64,000 nt of DNA from Marsupella aquatica (GCA_973895155.1 OZ316897.1:4186211-4250210); one strand, 5' to 3'. Shown: positions 28,403-42,400, numbered from the stretch's first letter. Program-made: numbers and translations. The notes: generated by a model not told the origin, from the letters alone.

Positions 28403-29281
28403 CCTGCACAAGAGACAATTTGGCTAACGCGAGGCGCTATCAAAGTGAAACAGTAATTGTCATCACTGATGGACGAGAACATAAAAGACTGGGAAACAAA
28501 CATGGCGTTGACTGTGTCTTTCAAAAAGGCCGACAATTCAAATATATAAAAATTAAGGTTAAGGGTTTCCCATTTTTACCCCTAACGACGGGAGAAAACA
28601 GTCATTTAACGGCAGTAGTCAAAGCCGACCAACGACCACTGGACAATATCTGCTGCCTATCAATAGACTCCAACAGTAACAAGATCCGCGATACACACCT
28701 TTTTGGCTAACGCCCGATGCTAACAAAAACTCACAAAAAATTGGCTAACGCCTGATGCTATCCAACATAGGTCCCAAGAATTCAAAATATTCCCTCCCAA
28801 TCTAGGTCAAAATAATCCAATGATTTTCTGTATAAGTCTCTAAAACTCTAGACTTATAGAGATTCCAGATTCAATAGAACTTGAACCTCACCAATAACCC
28901 CAATTTAGACAAAACCAGAATTTATTAAGTCCGGAATTCATAGTGCATATTATTTAATATTATATTTAATTATGATTGTATTATACATGTATTTTTTTGG
29001 TATATGATTCTCTTTAAACCATACACAAGGATAATACTTTCACAATCCATGGAGCGTAGCAATAAAAAATATCCTGTTTGTGAACATATAGTGTACATAG
29101 TTCATGGAGGTTTACTCGGAATGAAAAATTTAACATAAACATCAAATTCATTTGCAATAGAGAGTAATTCAAGATAGAGCTTTAAGATAATGTAACTTGG
29201 ACACTTTTTATTATAGTGAATGTAGTATCACAGACAATATGAAACGTAGTCTTTAATCTAAAACCAAATTTAAAACTCTAT

Positions 29282-29905
29282 TTAATCTTTGTAAATAGAC
29301 ACCTTAATGTCTCTACTTTTTTGGAATTCTTCTCTAGGCCTCATTGACCACAATGGATAGTTGGATTTAATAAATCTATGTGCACTAACCTTTGAGTGAG
29401 CAAGTCTTAGAAGATAGGGCATGAGAGTGTTTTCTAAAAACTGGTCACCTAGATCACCGTAAAAGGGTTTTGGATGAAGTGCAGCATAATATGGAGAATC
29501 AAAACTTATAGATGCTGCCTCTCCTAAGAGTACTACATTTTCATATAAATACCCAGGGGCTTCTTTCATAACAATCTTGATATTCATTCCACACTGATTT
29601 GACTTAAGGTCGTCTCGTCGACACCATAGTATCTTAAAACTTTCAAGAGCCTTCTCAGTGAGAAGTGGATCAACATGATCGGCCACTTCATACCAATCAG
29701 TATGATTCCGGGACCAAAATCCAATGTCAAAGTTTTCAGAGCAAAAGTTTAAAAACTCTTGAACAAATGGTCTAGGAAAGATCATTTTCTTCTTAACGCA
29801 GAAGGCAGTCAAATTTCTTAAATGCCTTGAGAACCCAGCGGAGAAGACGAGAATGCTTTCAACATGGAAAAGAAGTAATTTTCGGGTAGAAACAAATTTT
29901 ATAAT
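29282..29905 (-). CDS. Second, degenerate FCP1/NIF (HAD) phosphatase-like domain exon
   Basis: KLLLFHVESIL..RPFVQEFLNFCSENFDIGFWS..NVVLLG..PYL parallels the upstream copy, but the motif I Asp and the DD motif are absent. Acceptor TGTGCAG near 29906. Confidence 0.7.
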   Translation of the reverse strand: MIKFVSTRKLLLFHVESILVFSAGFSRHLRNLTAFCVKKKMIFPRPFVQEFLNFCSENFDIGFWSRNHTDWYEVADHVDPLLTEKALESFKILWCRRDDLKSNQCGMNIKIVMKEAPGYLYENVVLLGEAASISFDSPYYAALHPKPFYGDLGDQFLENTLMPYLLRLAHSKVSAHRFIKSNYPLWSMRPREEFQKSRDIKVSIYKD

Positions 29906-29987
29906 CTGCACAACACAAAACATGTCAGCAATTGAGCATTAAATAATACAAAACAAAAGAGGCAATAAACTAAATAAAACATTAACA

Positions 29988-30715
29988 TTAAATAGGCATG
30001 AGAAAAAAAGAGTCCTTACATTTATTGAAAACAACGTCAGCGTACTCATTAAATTGTTTGAGGTGATGTGGGTCACTCTCTAACCTCACAGTGTCATTAG
30101 TTGACCAGATCATTCTATTTTCTTCCCAATCTTCAACTAGTGCAGACAATGACCAAGTAGGATATTTGTTTTGTATGGTTTTGTGCATTGTTTCGGAAGA
30201 GTTCAGGAGTGTTTTGAGGTATGGAATAAGAGTGTTGGGGAAAAAATTGTCCGCTATCTGTCCAGAATACGGTTCAGGGTAGAGAGAAGAGTAAAATGGA
30301 TTTAGGCACGTTTTGTAAGGAGAGTCATCAATGAGTACATAATGTTTTCACTATAATAGTCATTTTCTAGTTTCGAACGCAGATTTTTCAACTCTTTCAA
30401 GAAAATTGGTTTTTGGGTTTTGAAATGGTTGCCAACTCGAACTGTGTCCTATTGAGTAGCAATAAATTTTAACTGTTTTCTGTCATCACTAGTCAATACA
30501 GTTTGAAGGATAGGCTTAAGATTGTGCCATTGCATGCAGGACCAAATTGCAACGTCGAAGTTTGCTTTGCAAAAATCTAGAAACTCGCGCAAATACGGCC
30601 TCTTGTAGATGAACTTAGACCCGACCCGAACTCCGGCACTTTGGTCAAGTAGTTTGGTAGAATACACACTTAACAAAATAACTTTGTTTACATCAAGAAT
30701 AATGAGTTTTTTCAC
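29988..30715 (-). pseudogene. FCP1/NIF-homology (HAD) phosphatase-like domain, disrupted
   Basis: KKLIILDVNKVI..KRPYLREFLDFCKANFDVAIWS..KPIFLKEL..VLIDDSPYK..NP, with a TAG at 30449-30451 and a frameshift near 30340. Confidence 0.88.
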
Positions 30716-31031
30716 CTGTACATCAAGAAAAATAATAATGAGAGAATTACAGTTTTATAAAATCTATGCAAACAAAACTAAATTTTTGCAAGACCCCATT
30801 TCTACTCTTTGAAGTAGCTGCTTTTTTAGTTGATATATCTCATCACAAAGTTATGATGTGTATCCCATTTCTGTCCGATGCAGAAATTCTCTTTCTTAAA
30901 GTGGGAACATCCTTTACCTGGTTGCATGATGAGGTGATTTGATATTAGAATAAGCTCAAAAATATAAACCAGAGGCGATGAAATAAAACTAGACAGTACA
31001 TTAAGGCTACTTAGGATAATAGAAAGTTTAC

Positions 31032-34000
31032 CTTATGCCCTTGGAAAGGTAGTGGCATATTGAGCAAAACATCGGCGTATGCTTTATCTGTTTCATTTTC
31101 CTGTTCTTCATTGAGAGAATTTGGTTCCATCTGATCACCTTCGTTGCCATCTGACCTCGCATCTGACGGCCCATGGGTTGTAGCTGAAGAAGTATCTTCA
31201 TTCAACTTTGCCCAAGCATGATCGCATCGGGTCATGTCAATTAAAGCATTCTCCTTGGCCATCAAGCTAATGGAGGGCTCTCCAATCCGACCGCAAGCTT
31301 CTTCCATAAATATTTTATTTCTCTCGAACTCTTTTCTCTCTGAAGGTGTTATTAGAGTTGAGATATCATTCAAAACAGTAGTCCAAAATTGTCTCCCATT
31401 CCAAGCATGAAGTTTCAATTCATCGGGGAAGTATACTTCCCAGTCTGCAACCGAAATGTTATCTGGCCGAGTTGTGTCTTCAAGACTTACTACTGATCGA
31501 AAATAATTCCGGATATTTAGTTTCACAATATCATTATCATCGGCTTTGTTCCAGTAGTTTTCTTCTCTTTCTCCATCTTCTGTTACATTTTTCCCCTTGT
31601 ATCCATCGCTCTGTTTGTTGCTCTCCTCCTTGTCATCACTACCTCGGTCTCCTTCCTTGTCATCACCACCTCCATCTCCTTGCTTCTCATCACCATCTTC
31701 ATCTCCTTCACCATCCAGCTTCGTTTTTCCCTGCTCCTCATCACCACCTCCATCTCCTTCCTTCCCATCATCACCTCCATGTCCTTCATTCTCATCTCCT
31801 GCACCACCTCCATGTCCTTCCTTCTCATCATCACCTCCATGTCCTTCTTTCTCATCATCACCTCCATGTCCTTCCTTCTCATCACCACCTCCATCTCCTT
31901 CATTCTCATCTCCTGCACCACCTCCATATCCTTCATTCTCATCACGATCACCATCTTCATCTCCTTCACCATCCAGGTTAGTTTTTCCCTGCTCCTCATC
32001 CGCCCCTCCTCCTTCTTCAGTGTATGTAAATTGCCTTTGCTCTTTCTCATCTGCTTGCTGTTTTTGATCTTGTTTTTCTTTCATCCGCCGCTCCCTCCAA
32101 TTGTCATCAAACTCCTGTTCGAAGTCATCGGTACCGCTGGTTGGTTTCTGCTTCCTTTTTGTATACTTTTGACGAGTATCAACTCGTCTCCTGTTTTGAC
32201 TTCTCTTATGCTGTAAAGTCTCCATGTCACTTTCGTCACCCATATTCTTCCGCTTCTTTGAATGATTGTCTGCACTCATGGACTCATTTGAGCTCTCGTC
32301 TTGGTTTCCAGATTCTGACCCTGGTTCTTCATCATCGTCTTGGTTTTCAGATTCTGACCCTGGTTCTTCTGCATCATTTGGCTCCTCCTCACTTGATTCA
32401 TACTCTCCAGTGTTGATTTCATCTTCAAAGATAGTAGACTTCTCATCTGAAACAGAGGAACAACAATCAGATTTCAAAATTTCATTTGTGCAATCAAGTT
32501 AGTGAATGTATTAAAATTAATCAAGTATATGGTTTCGGCCGACTAACCTTTAAGTGGTCCAACTGGCATCTTTGATGGGAAATAGTATATCCAATTCTGG
32601 CTGAGGAGGTTACTCAATTCATACTCTTTTAAAACTCTCTCAACGTTTTCATCACTATATGTGAGCATGCTTTTACAATGATCAATTACATCTTCTTTGA
32701 CTTCTCTGAAGGTTTTTCCTCGAGATATCTTCGCATTCATCATTGCCTCAAGCCTTTTTCTGTCGAGACATGGTGCTTTACTGGGATACAAGGCACCAAA
32801 ATACCCACTCATTTCTGTGTGAAATGATCGTTTACAATAAGATCTAACCTTAACTCCTTCTTCCTGGAATAAACAAGCAAGATGTTAGAGGAACTTAAGA
32901 TAAGGTTAAAGCTATTCAAAAATAGAATTGTAATAATACTTGAAAGCTTACCAGGAGGCATTTGACCAAGTTTAGCCCTTCTCCAAAACAGACAGCACGC
33001 TTTCCGTTGTCGAGAAACAGTCGAGTCAAGTATTGGAAAAAGATAATACTTTTCTCACCAGGGAAAGACCTAGCAGCCTGATCCTCTTTAGACTCCTGAA
33101 AGTTAAGGAGAGTTCCCCGAGTTTGTAGACTGGACTTAATTGCTTCCTCTATCTTTGTCATGTCGGTAGATTTTGATAAGAGAGGTTGACAAAATGCATA
33201 TGTCACAGTATATGTAACATCCCGCTCTGTGTTAAAGAGGGAAATATGAGACTTTTTGGTGCCTCTTCTCTAGACGTAAGTTGTTTGGAATGGGAAATAT
33301 CCTGGAGTTGACACTAACTCTCTCATCATGAAAATAGACTCAATAGGATCTGAGACATGGACAAGGACATGATTTACCGTCCCCATCTGTTTAATTGCTC
33401 TGATGAACATAGAGTAAAAACTGGATATGAATGGACCGTCATCAGATAGAATAGTGGAGTCAAAATAGAAAAAGTCTACCTGTTGTCTCAGGGACTCAGA
33501 GATTTCGTCAAGAAATTTCTTTGTTTTCAGACCTTTCCGCGAGTGTAACTGAAGGATATCCTTGATTTGGGGAGGCTTCAGGTTTCCAAACTCGTCAATG
33601 GAGTTCTTTGTTGCGGCAATTAAGCTCTTAAAAGCCTCTGGGAGAAGACTCTTCATTGTTCCAACACTGGTTGTTTTCTGCGACGCCTTGTTGAGATACT
33701 CCTCTCCTAGTGAATCCCTGATCCTGCTAAGCTTTTCTTTATTAAGATGATACCTCTTGCACAAGATATCAACCTCAACTTTCCTCTCAATCTTTTTCAA
33801 GCTATTCAATTCAGTACGTTTCATGCCACCGTCACCCAAGTTCTCCAACAGATCTATCTCAAACATTCGCTTCTGCTTCTTGTTGACACAAAATTCTTCC
33901 ATGGAAATAAACTTTTCGGCTTCTTCAGCATCATAATCTTTTGAATGAGGTCGGTCCTTCAAAAGAGATATCTTTGAATTCTCCAACAAGTAGGCGGCAA

Positions 34001-35625
34001 CCTTGTCTATGTCAGCTTCCTCCATCCCTTGTAGATCTCGGAAGCATCGCCTATTCAGTTGCCAAGTCTTCCGGTTACTGTAAGTTATTGCCTGAGCTTG
34101 CGTTTTACCATTGAACGCTATAAGGGATCCTGTACGAGACTTCTCATATACCCGCATCCATTTGCTGAATGTTGCATCGCTCATATGAAAGATAAACGGA
34201 TTGAGCTCGGTAAATGAAAACGTTTTCATCTGCCATGCCCATGGAACAATAATCTTGGCAGCTTCAAGGAACACCTGAATATAAAACATTACAAAATATA
34301 ATATTAGAACCCTACAGAAAATACAGATTCAAGTCATTATGTTCAATGTTACCACACAAACCGCGGGTTGTAGGGCTCATGCTATCTAGAAGTGTCTGAT
34401 AATTTACCTTCCATTTTGACCCCTTTGCCTGAGCATTCTCTTTTCTTGGACTTCCAAACTCTTTCCATACTGCACGTGCTTGGGACGCTATCAACGGAAA
34501 GTTAGTCTCATCAAGTTGAGTTCTCTGGATATTGTTCAAGGCTCGAGAGAGCCCCATCATCGTGAGGTTTTCTTTCAAACTGTATGGGGACCAGAACATA
34601 ATTGCCTGAACCTTGCAAAGATCCTCCCGAAATGTGCATCGCTTATCATCTTCCTTGAGGATCGCCTTGTATGCCATTATTGTGTGCTGCCCACCAAGAA
34701 TCCAGAAGTGACAAGTGTTGGTAATATCATCACTCTGCGGTGCCTCTTTTAGAGGAGTTCCATAGTAACCTTTTGATTTGTTCTTTGAGTCCCATGTTAT
34801 TGGGACAAGAAAGCAGAGAGTTTTTTGAAAGGTTATCGAGGAGTAGCCAAAGAAAGCAGCCTTCAGTTTGGTGGCATAATCTTCATCAAAGTCACGACAT
34901 TTTATGTGATTTGGTGTCAGGTGACATCTCTCAATAGGCACCTCAAAAGTCTTGCTCTGAAAGATGTTCAGATGAGAGTATGATTCTAGAAAGCTGCAAA
35001 ATAATTCATCCACGTTCTCCGTCGTGATATCCTTTGGAGGATTTGATGCCAAAATTCCCCCTTTCCTGGTGACAGAAAATATTTCGGTGAACGGTTGTTT
35101 TGAGAACTCCAAAATGGCATTGATGTATCTGGAGATACTTTCTGGATCTGGAACCAATGGTGCAATGGGAAAGCCCTCCCAACAATTCGAACCAAGCAAT
35201 TCTGAACTTGAGGTGAGATATTCTGTGACTTTCCGTTGGGAGAAAGTTCCATAATCCATTCGATCAAAGCAAACCCCAATTGTTTCTCCAGTTTCTCTTT
35301 CGTCAAAGAGAAGTACCAATGCTTCTTGTAGGTCATCAAGCCCCATATTTCGCTTGAAGATGCATCCCACAATTTCTGCATCCATGACGATATGTAACGT
35401 CTCCTTGTGCGTGAAACATATTTGCAATTCCTTATTCTGGAGTACTAATCCCCAATCAAAGACGTTGCTTGACTTCACTCTATAAATTGAGCTGGCTTCC
35501 GGTGAGGTAAGGTCCCGTATCTTTTTCCCTCGATATGTTTTGATCATTTTCATCTTATCAAGCTGGTCAACAATTGAGCTTTCGGTCTTGCTCTTTGTTC
35601 GGGAGCTGCCATTTCTAGGAGCCAT
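31032..35625 (-). pseudogene. Spliced gene: ParB/Srx-like domain, helical region, degenerate amino-methyltransferase-like domain, acidic Gly/Asp/Glu repeat (Sola cargo)
   Basis: Exons about 35625-34408, 34274-32952 (TAG at 33270-33272), 32863-32548 and 32446-31032 with GT-AG introns that keep frame. ParB-like VPIERCH..CRDFDEDYATKLK..FWILGGQHTIMAY..ALNN. MTase-like VDFFYFDS..FPGEKSIIFFQYLTRLFLDNGKRAVCFGEG. Confidence 0.7.
31600..32000 (-). repeat. Coding minisatellite (33-39-bp units) encoding GGDDEKEG(H/D)G repeats
   Basis: Tandem CTCATCATCACCTCCATGTCCTTC-type units within the 488-aa acidic ORF. Confidence 0.9.
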
Positions 35626-35710
35626 ATCTGGAGTCACACAAAACAAGGAATTTTGTTTAATTAAAAAGGAAGGTCTCTCTATAGTTAGTTTGTTTGAATG
35701 GATGACAAAC

Positions 35711-36290
35711 ACAGCCAACAGCCCGCGGGTGGTGAGGTATGCTAAACAGTTGATCCAAGTGAGCCTCAGGGCCCGTGGGTGGTGGGGTGTTCTACACAGT
35801 CGGTCCAAGTGATCCTCACGACCCGCGGGTGGTGAGGTATGCTAGACATCCGGTCTTAGTGAGTCGCACTGCCCGCGGGTTGCAAGGTATGCTAGACAGT
35901 AGGTTTGAGTGAGCCTCACGGCCCGTGGGTGGTGAGGTATGCTATATAGTCGGTCTGAGTGAGCCTCACGGCCCGCGGGTGGCAAGGTATGCTAGAGTGT
36001 AGGTCTGAGTGGCCTCACGGCCCGCGGGTGGTGAGGTATCCTATACAGTCGGTCTGAGTGAGCCTCATGGCCCACGGGTGGCAAGGTATGCTAGACTATA
36101 GGTTTGAGTGAGCCTCACGGCCCGTGGGTGGTGAGGTATACTATACAGTTGGTCTGAGTGAGCCTCACGGCTCGCGGGTGGTGAGATATGTTGAGCTTTT
36201 AGTGAGTTGCACGTACAACCCGCGGGTGGTGAGGTATGCTAGACAGTCAATCCAAGTGAGCCTCACGGCCCGCGGGTGGTGAGGTCCTCT
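35711..36290. repeat. 12 x 50-bp tandem array, each unit carrying the palindrome CCTCACnRCCCGCGGGYnGTGAGG
   Basis: Core at 35721, 35771, 35821, 35871, 35921, 35971, 36020, 36070, 36120, 36170, 36218 and 36268, just upstream of the splice acceptor preceding the ParB gene ATG (35625). Confidence 0.95.
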
Positions 36291-39200
36291 CTTGTTTTAT
36301 GAGCCTCCTAAACCCCTGGATCAATAGTATACTCATTAATCAATATATTCATTAGCAATTGACCCAAAATCTAGTTAGCTAGGCTCAAGAGGGTGTGATT
36401 GAGGGGCTAGGATTATGTGACAGACAACCCTTCATAGTTTATATATGATTGATCTATATTCTGGCTAGAGTAGCCCCTGTGGATCAAGAATCATTACCCT
36501 TCTTTAATAGTAATAGTACTCATTACAAACAATTGCTAATCTCCTGATAACAGTCTTTCCTCATAATCTCTTTAATATTGGTGGCAATTGCGTACAATTC
36601 ATGGACGAGTTCAACTCTACAATCTTTACTATGAACCAGACAATGAGTTCCAAAAGCTCTTACCTCAAGATTTTTGTTCCCGGATTTTGTTGGGCTCTAA
36701 TCTCTTCAAACTTCAGCAGATTGTTGTTTCAGTGTGTAAGATTGAGGCATCGCAGGTAGACTATACCCCGCACAATGCTTGTCAAGGATGTAGGCAGGAG
36801 AAGCACTAGAAACCTGCAAAACAAATTGACACACTTGTTTTTTTACCCAGAGTGATGCAGTTGCGGTAGATGTACCAACTACGGGCAAAAGGAATCACAT
36901 TGAGATCAAGAAGATCGACAGACAGATTGAAAATTTCAATCTGGAAACTAAACAAATTAACAAATGTGCATTGATACAATAGGATTTTATCACAACAACA
37001 TTGGGTATGAATAGTGGATGCAATCACGGATAGTGGATAGTGGATGCAATCATGGATTAACTAGTCAGTGGATACTGAAATTTTGACATCTTCATTACAT
37101 TTAGATATGACACCAGGGGCTTACCTATAATTATTCCAAGGGTGCAAATTTTTGAGGAGCAGGTCGGAGTAGATGCTTGGGACGATTAGGCCAAATTGTT
37201 GTTAAATCCCTGGCGGCTATGGAATCTGAGCACCATGGACCTACACAACATTTGACCCAAAGCCAGAGTGAGACACAATCTCAATCACAGGAATCATCCA
37301 TACTCACTTATCTGATTAGGAGGCCATGGATTTCATCTTTGACAAAGTACTTGAAGGGAAGGAGTAATTAGTACAGGAGAACCAATCTCAACAGCACATT
37401 ACTCACAACATATTGAAACAAAGAGCCGAGAAACTTTCGTGCCTCCCAAATTTCCAAAAATAATGACATTTGGCTCAGTGACCTACTGTGTACTTGTAGA
37501 GGGCCCACATAGCTGGGCTCTCTGGACTACAATAGCAATCTATGAAACCAATGAATTTGAGAACAAGGGCAGCAGGGTTTAGGATACTATTAACACCAAT
37601 CTCTGTACATTCCAAAACAACACCTCATTTCAAATAGATCCCTACCTGACAACCTCTACCTATGGGATTACATAGCTCAATGAATGATCGACTGACCTCA
37701 AACTAAAAATGTCATCTTTACATATCCAGATGAACGATGATGAATGATGAACGATTTCCAGATATCTAGATGAACGATGAACGATTGCCAGATGAATGAT
37801 GTCTTTGAAGAAAGACAATTGATGATCTTTGAATTTGGAGCTACTTGACTACCTTGATTGCAGGCAGATTAGAAATTATTGGGATGACTAATGTCACCTT
37901 TAACAAAGAAACAACAGATTTGGTGCAACCGGGGTTGCAGCTTAAGTTATCAGGAGGCACACAAACGGACCAACTTGACTGCTCCACAACTATGAAAAAT
38001 TAAATTCGAACAACAACCACAACACAGGCTTTAAGGACTACTACCCTAAACAACTACGTTCCTTCTCCTCTATCAAGCATCAAGATTGAGAACGATAACA
38101 TTATTTGACAACATTCCATAGACCCATGCAAACATAGACTTCTCACAGAATAAGCGGCCTGCGAGAGATCCCAAATGCGACTATCTTGCTTGTTGACATA
38201 GTAGATCATGATCATTCACATAGCAGATCACGTATTATGGCAAACACATCATTTACTGTCCAATGTAGTCTCCAACAATGAGTCGAGCAATACAAGGCAA
38301 GGCAATCACACCTGGATGGATTATTGACAATGGATGGATACCGCTCTCCACAACGTGGTCACCACAAAATCCGTAGTCAACAATGGATCGTCCAGGCTCT
38401 GTCACGCACATTTGCATCTGAAATCGCAAAAAGCATAGTCAACATACTTAGGGAGAAGGGGCTCGAAGGCTGACAGAAGTCTGAGAAGTCTAAAAGGAGA
38501 AGTCTGAAAGGAGGAAAGCATTCCAAGAAGCACAAGGCTAAGAAAGCATTCGACAGGAGGATTGACAAGCCTTTGAACAATATATATATAGGTGAGTTTT
38601 AGTACCTTTCAGAGCTTGTACATACAAAGACATCGTGCCTCACTCCCGCGACGTTTGCTCTCAACCAACGCAAAACACATTGGTGCCTCAAAAAAACGCA
38701 ACCTAGCAACACAAAACTCCTCATTCATCAATTCACTTTCGCACTTGCCATCCAAACGGCATTTCAACCCAACGGTGTCCGACCCACTAAAAGTCACTAC
38801 CGATGGTAATTAATTCCCCTCCTTTCTTGCTAGAAACAATGATACTATTCCGATTGTCGAAGATATACTCTTGCGACTTCACAAAGTGAACCAAATGAAA
38901 TGATTTAGGTTCCAGTCAAGGTGTTGCATACCTCAAATGTCCAGCTCATTTTTGGAGAAAGAGAGCTCCCTGCCCTGACGCAAAATAGTATCAGTACAAA
39001 GCAATCCAGTTCTCAATTGAACACCTCATGAATGCTTTGTACGTTCGTCCGCAAATAGTATCAATTCTCAATTGAACACCTCTTGAATCAAATGGTAGTC
39101 TCTAGAATTGCCATATCGATCAACCTCATATAGATCCTCAATCTCCCTTCCGCACAATGTTGACGACTCCCTTCAGTCTCCCTTCCGCACAATGTCGACG

Positions 39201-39489
39201 ACTCCCTTTAGTCTGACTCGTTCGCTTCAGTTCTTGCGCACAATGTCGACTCGGTGTCTTCGGCAATCTGACTTGTTTGATTCAGTTCTTCCACACAATG
39301 TCGACTCGGTGTCTTTGGCAGTCTGAATCATTTGATTCAGTTCTTGAACGTGATCGGTAGTACTCAAACAGGCGCGAGTGGGGAAAAACGTCGCCATCAT
39401 CCAGTGCGCGCGCGAGTGAGCAAACACGTCACCATCATCCAGTTCACAATACCCGTCCTGCTGTACGTTGATGCTCTCACTTGATTGAG

Positions 39490-42400
39490 TACATTGATTC
39501 CCTGGATGGAAGTATACTTAAATGCCAGGGGTTTATCAGGTAGCCCTATGCTCCATGTTTGGGTAAATAATGGACAGAAGTCTAATTTAATGGAAGGGTT
39601 TAGCAGGTATTGCTATTCTCCATGTTCATTGTGCAGCCCTCGATGGAAGTATAATTTAATTGAATTAGGGGAGTTTAGAAGGTATCCCTAATATCCATGT
39701 TAGCTAGTCAAACCCTAGCTAGAAGTATAGTTTAATTGATTGAAGTGGGATTTATAAAGTATCCATAAGTATACATGCTCCATGTTAGTGCAACCCTACT
39801 GGAAGTACAATTTAATTCGAGGGGTTTATCACGTATCCCTAGCCTAGGTTCCATGCACGTGTGCAACATGGAAGGAACCTGGGCAATTTAATTCGAGGGA
39901 TTTCATAAGGTAGATCCCTATTTCCCATGGTGGTGCAACCCTGGATGGAGGTGCAATTCAATCCAAGGGGTTTTATATGGTGTTGCTCTGCTCCATGCAT
40001 GTTACTTGAAGGCGTGGGGTTTGATAAGGTATCTCTACGCTCCATGTTAGTTGAAGGGGGTTTATAAAGTATACCTATGCCCCATGTTTGGGCAACCCTA
40101 TAAGGAAGTAGAACTTAGTGCAAGCAAGGTTTAATAACGTATATAGTTTAATGGAACTAATTAAGGGGGTTTTATAAAGTATACCTATGCTCCATGTTAG
40201 TGCAACCCTGGATGCCTGGAAGTATAATTTAATGCAACTGAGGGGTTTTAAAACGTATATATATCCCTAAGTCTGCTCCATGTATGTTAGTTCAACTCTA
40301 CCTGGAAGTAGAATTACGTTGGAGGGGTACCCTAGTAGAAGGAAGTAGAACTTAGTGCAAGCAGGGTTTTATAAGGTACACCTAGCTACTAATTATGCTT
40401 CATGTTTGGGAAACCCTGGATGGAAGTATATCATTGGTTTAATGGAACTCGGGGTTTAGAAAATATACCTAGTATGCTCCATGTTAGTGCAACCCTGGAT
40501 GCCTGGAAGCATAGTTTAACGCCGGAGTGGGTTTACAACGTATCCCTAGTATGTTCCATGTTAATTAGCGCAACCCTAGCTGCATATCTAGTTTAATAAA
40601 GGGGGTTTATAACGTATACCCATGCTCCATGTTAGTGCAACCCTGGATGCCTGAAAGTATAATATAATGCAAGGGGTTTTAAAACGTACGTATATATATA
40701 TATATCCCTAAGTCTGCTCAATTTTATGTTAGTTCAACCCTACCTGGTCGAGGAAGTAGAATTACGTTGGAGGGGTACCCTAGTAGAAGGAAGTAGAACT
40801 TAGTGCAAGCAGGGTTTTATAAGGTACACCTAGCTACTAATGCTTCATGTTTGGGAAACCCTGGATGGAAGTATATCATTGGTTTAATGGAACTCGGGGT
40901 TTAGAAAATATACCTAGTATGCTCCATGTTAGTGCAACCCTGGATGCCTGGAAGCATAGTTTAATGGAGGGGGTTTACAACGTATCCCTAGTATGTTCCA
41001 TGTTAATTAGCGCAACCCTAGCTGCATATCTAGTTTAATAAAGGGGGTTTATAACGTATACCCATGCTCCATGTTAGTGCAACCCTGGATGCCTGAAAGT
41101 ATAATATAATGCAAGGGGTTTTAAAACGTACGTATATATATATATCCCTAAGTCTGCTCAATTTTATGTTAGTTCAACCCTACCTGGTCGAGGAAGTAGA
41201 ATTACGTTGGAGGGGTACCCTAGTAGAAGGAAGTAGAACTTAGTGCAAGCAGGGTTTTATAAGGTACACCTAGCTACTAATGCTTCATGTTTGGGAAACC
41301 CTGGATGGAAGTATATCATTGGTTTAATGGAACTCGGGGTTTAGAAAATATACCTAGTATGTTCCATGTTAGTGCAACCCTGGATGCCTGGAAGCATAGT
41401 TTAATGGAGGGGGTTTACAACGTATCCCTAGTATGATCCATGTTAATTAGCGCAACCCTAGCTGCATATCTAGTTTAATTGAAGGGGGTTATAACGTATA
41501 CCCATGCTCCATGTTAGTGCAACCCTGGATGCCTGGAAGTATAATTTAAAGCAAGGGGTTTTTAAATGTACATATATATATATAATCCCTAAGTCTGCTC
41601 CATGTATTTAGTTCAACCCTACCTGGAAGTACAATTAGGTTGGAAGGGGTACCCTAGTAGAAGGAAGTAGAACTTAGTGCAAGCAGGGTTTTATAATTAA
41701 GGTACACCTTAGAGCTACTAATGCTTAGTTCATGTTTGGGAAACCCTGGATGGAAGTATATAGTTTCATGGAACTAACGGGGTTTTAGAAAATATACCTG
41801 TACAGTAGTACATGCACCATGTTCGTGCAACCCTGGATGCCTGGAAGTATAGTTTAATGGAGGATGGTTTACAATTTATCCCTAGTATGTTCCATGTTAA
41901 TTAGGGCAACCCAAGCTAGAAATCTAGTTTAATTTAAGGGGTTGGGTTTATAACATGTCGCTATGCTCCATCTTAGTCCAACCCTTGTCGCTATGCTCCA
42001 TCTTACTCCAACCCTAGCTAGATATATCTAGTTTAATTGAAGGGGCTGGTATTAATTTATAACGTATCCCTATGCTCCATGTTAGTTGAAGGGGGTTTAT
42101 AAAGTATTAAGGGGGACAGTTACCCGGACAGTTAGCGCAACCCTACTAACTGGAAGTACAATTTAATTATAACATGTCGCTATGCTCCATCTTAGTCCAA
42201 CCCTTGTCGCTATGCTCCATCTTACTCCAACCCTAGCTAGATATATCTAGTTTAATTTAAGGGGCCGGTATTAATTTATAACGTATCCCTATGCTCCATG
42301 TTAGTTGAAGGGGGTTTATAAAGTATTAAGGGGGACAGTTACCCGGACAGTTAGCGCAACCCTACTAACTGGAAGTACAATTTAATTCGAAGGGTTTATG

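Noticed and set aside
31472-32502. His-rich, Ser/Pro-rich and Met-rich ORFs in alternative frames
   Set aside because: Shadows of the coding minisatellite in the acidic minus-strand exon.
35711-36290. CRISPR array (regularly spaced palindromic repeats)
   Set aside because: The sequence between palindromes is itself repeated rather than unique spacers, there are no cas genes, and the context is eukaryotic with introns.
40402-41038. Duplicated 63-64-aa ORFs
   Set aside because: Incidental products of the 440-bp higher-order satellite unit.
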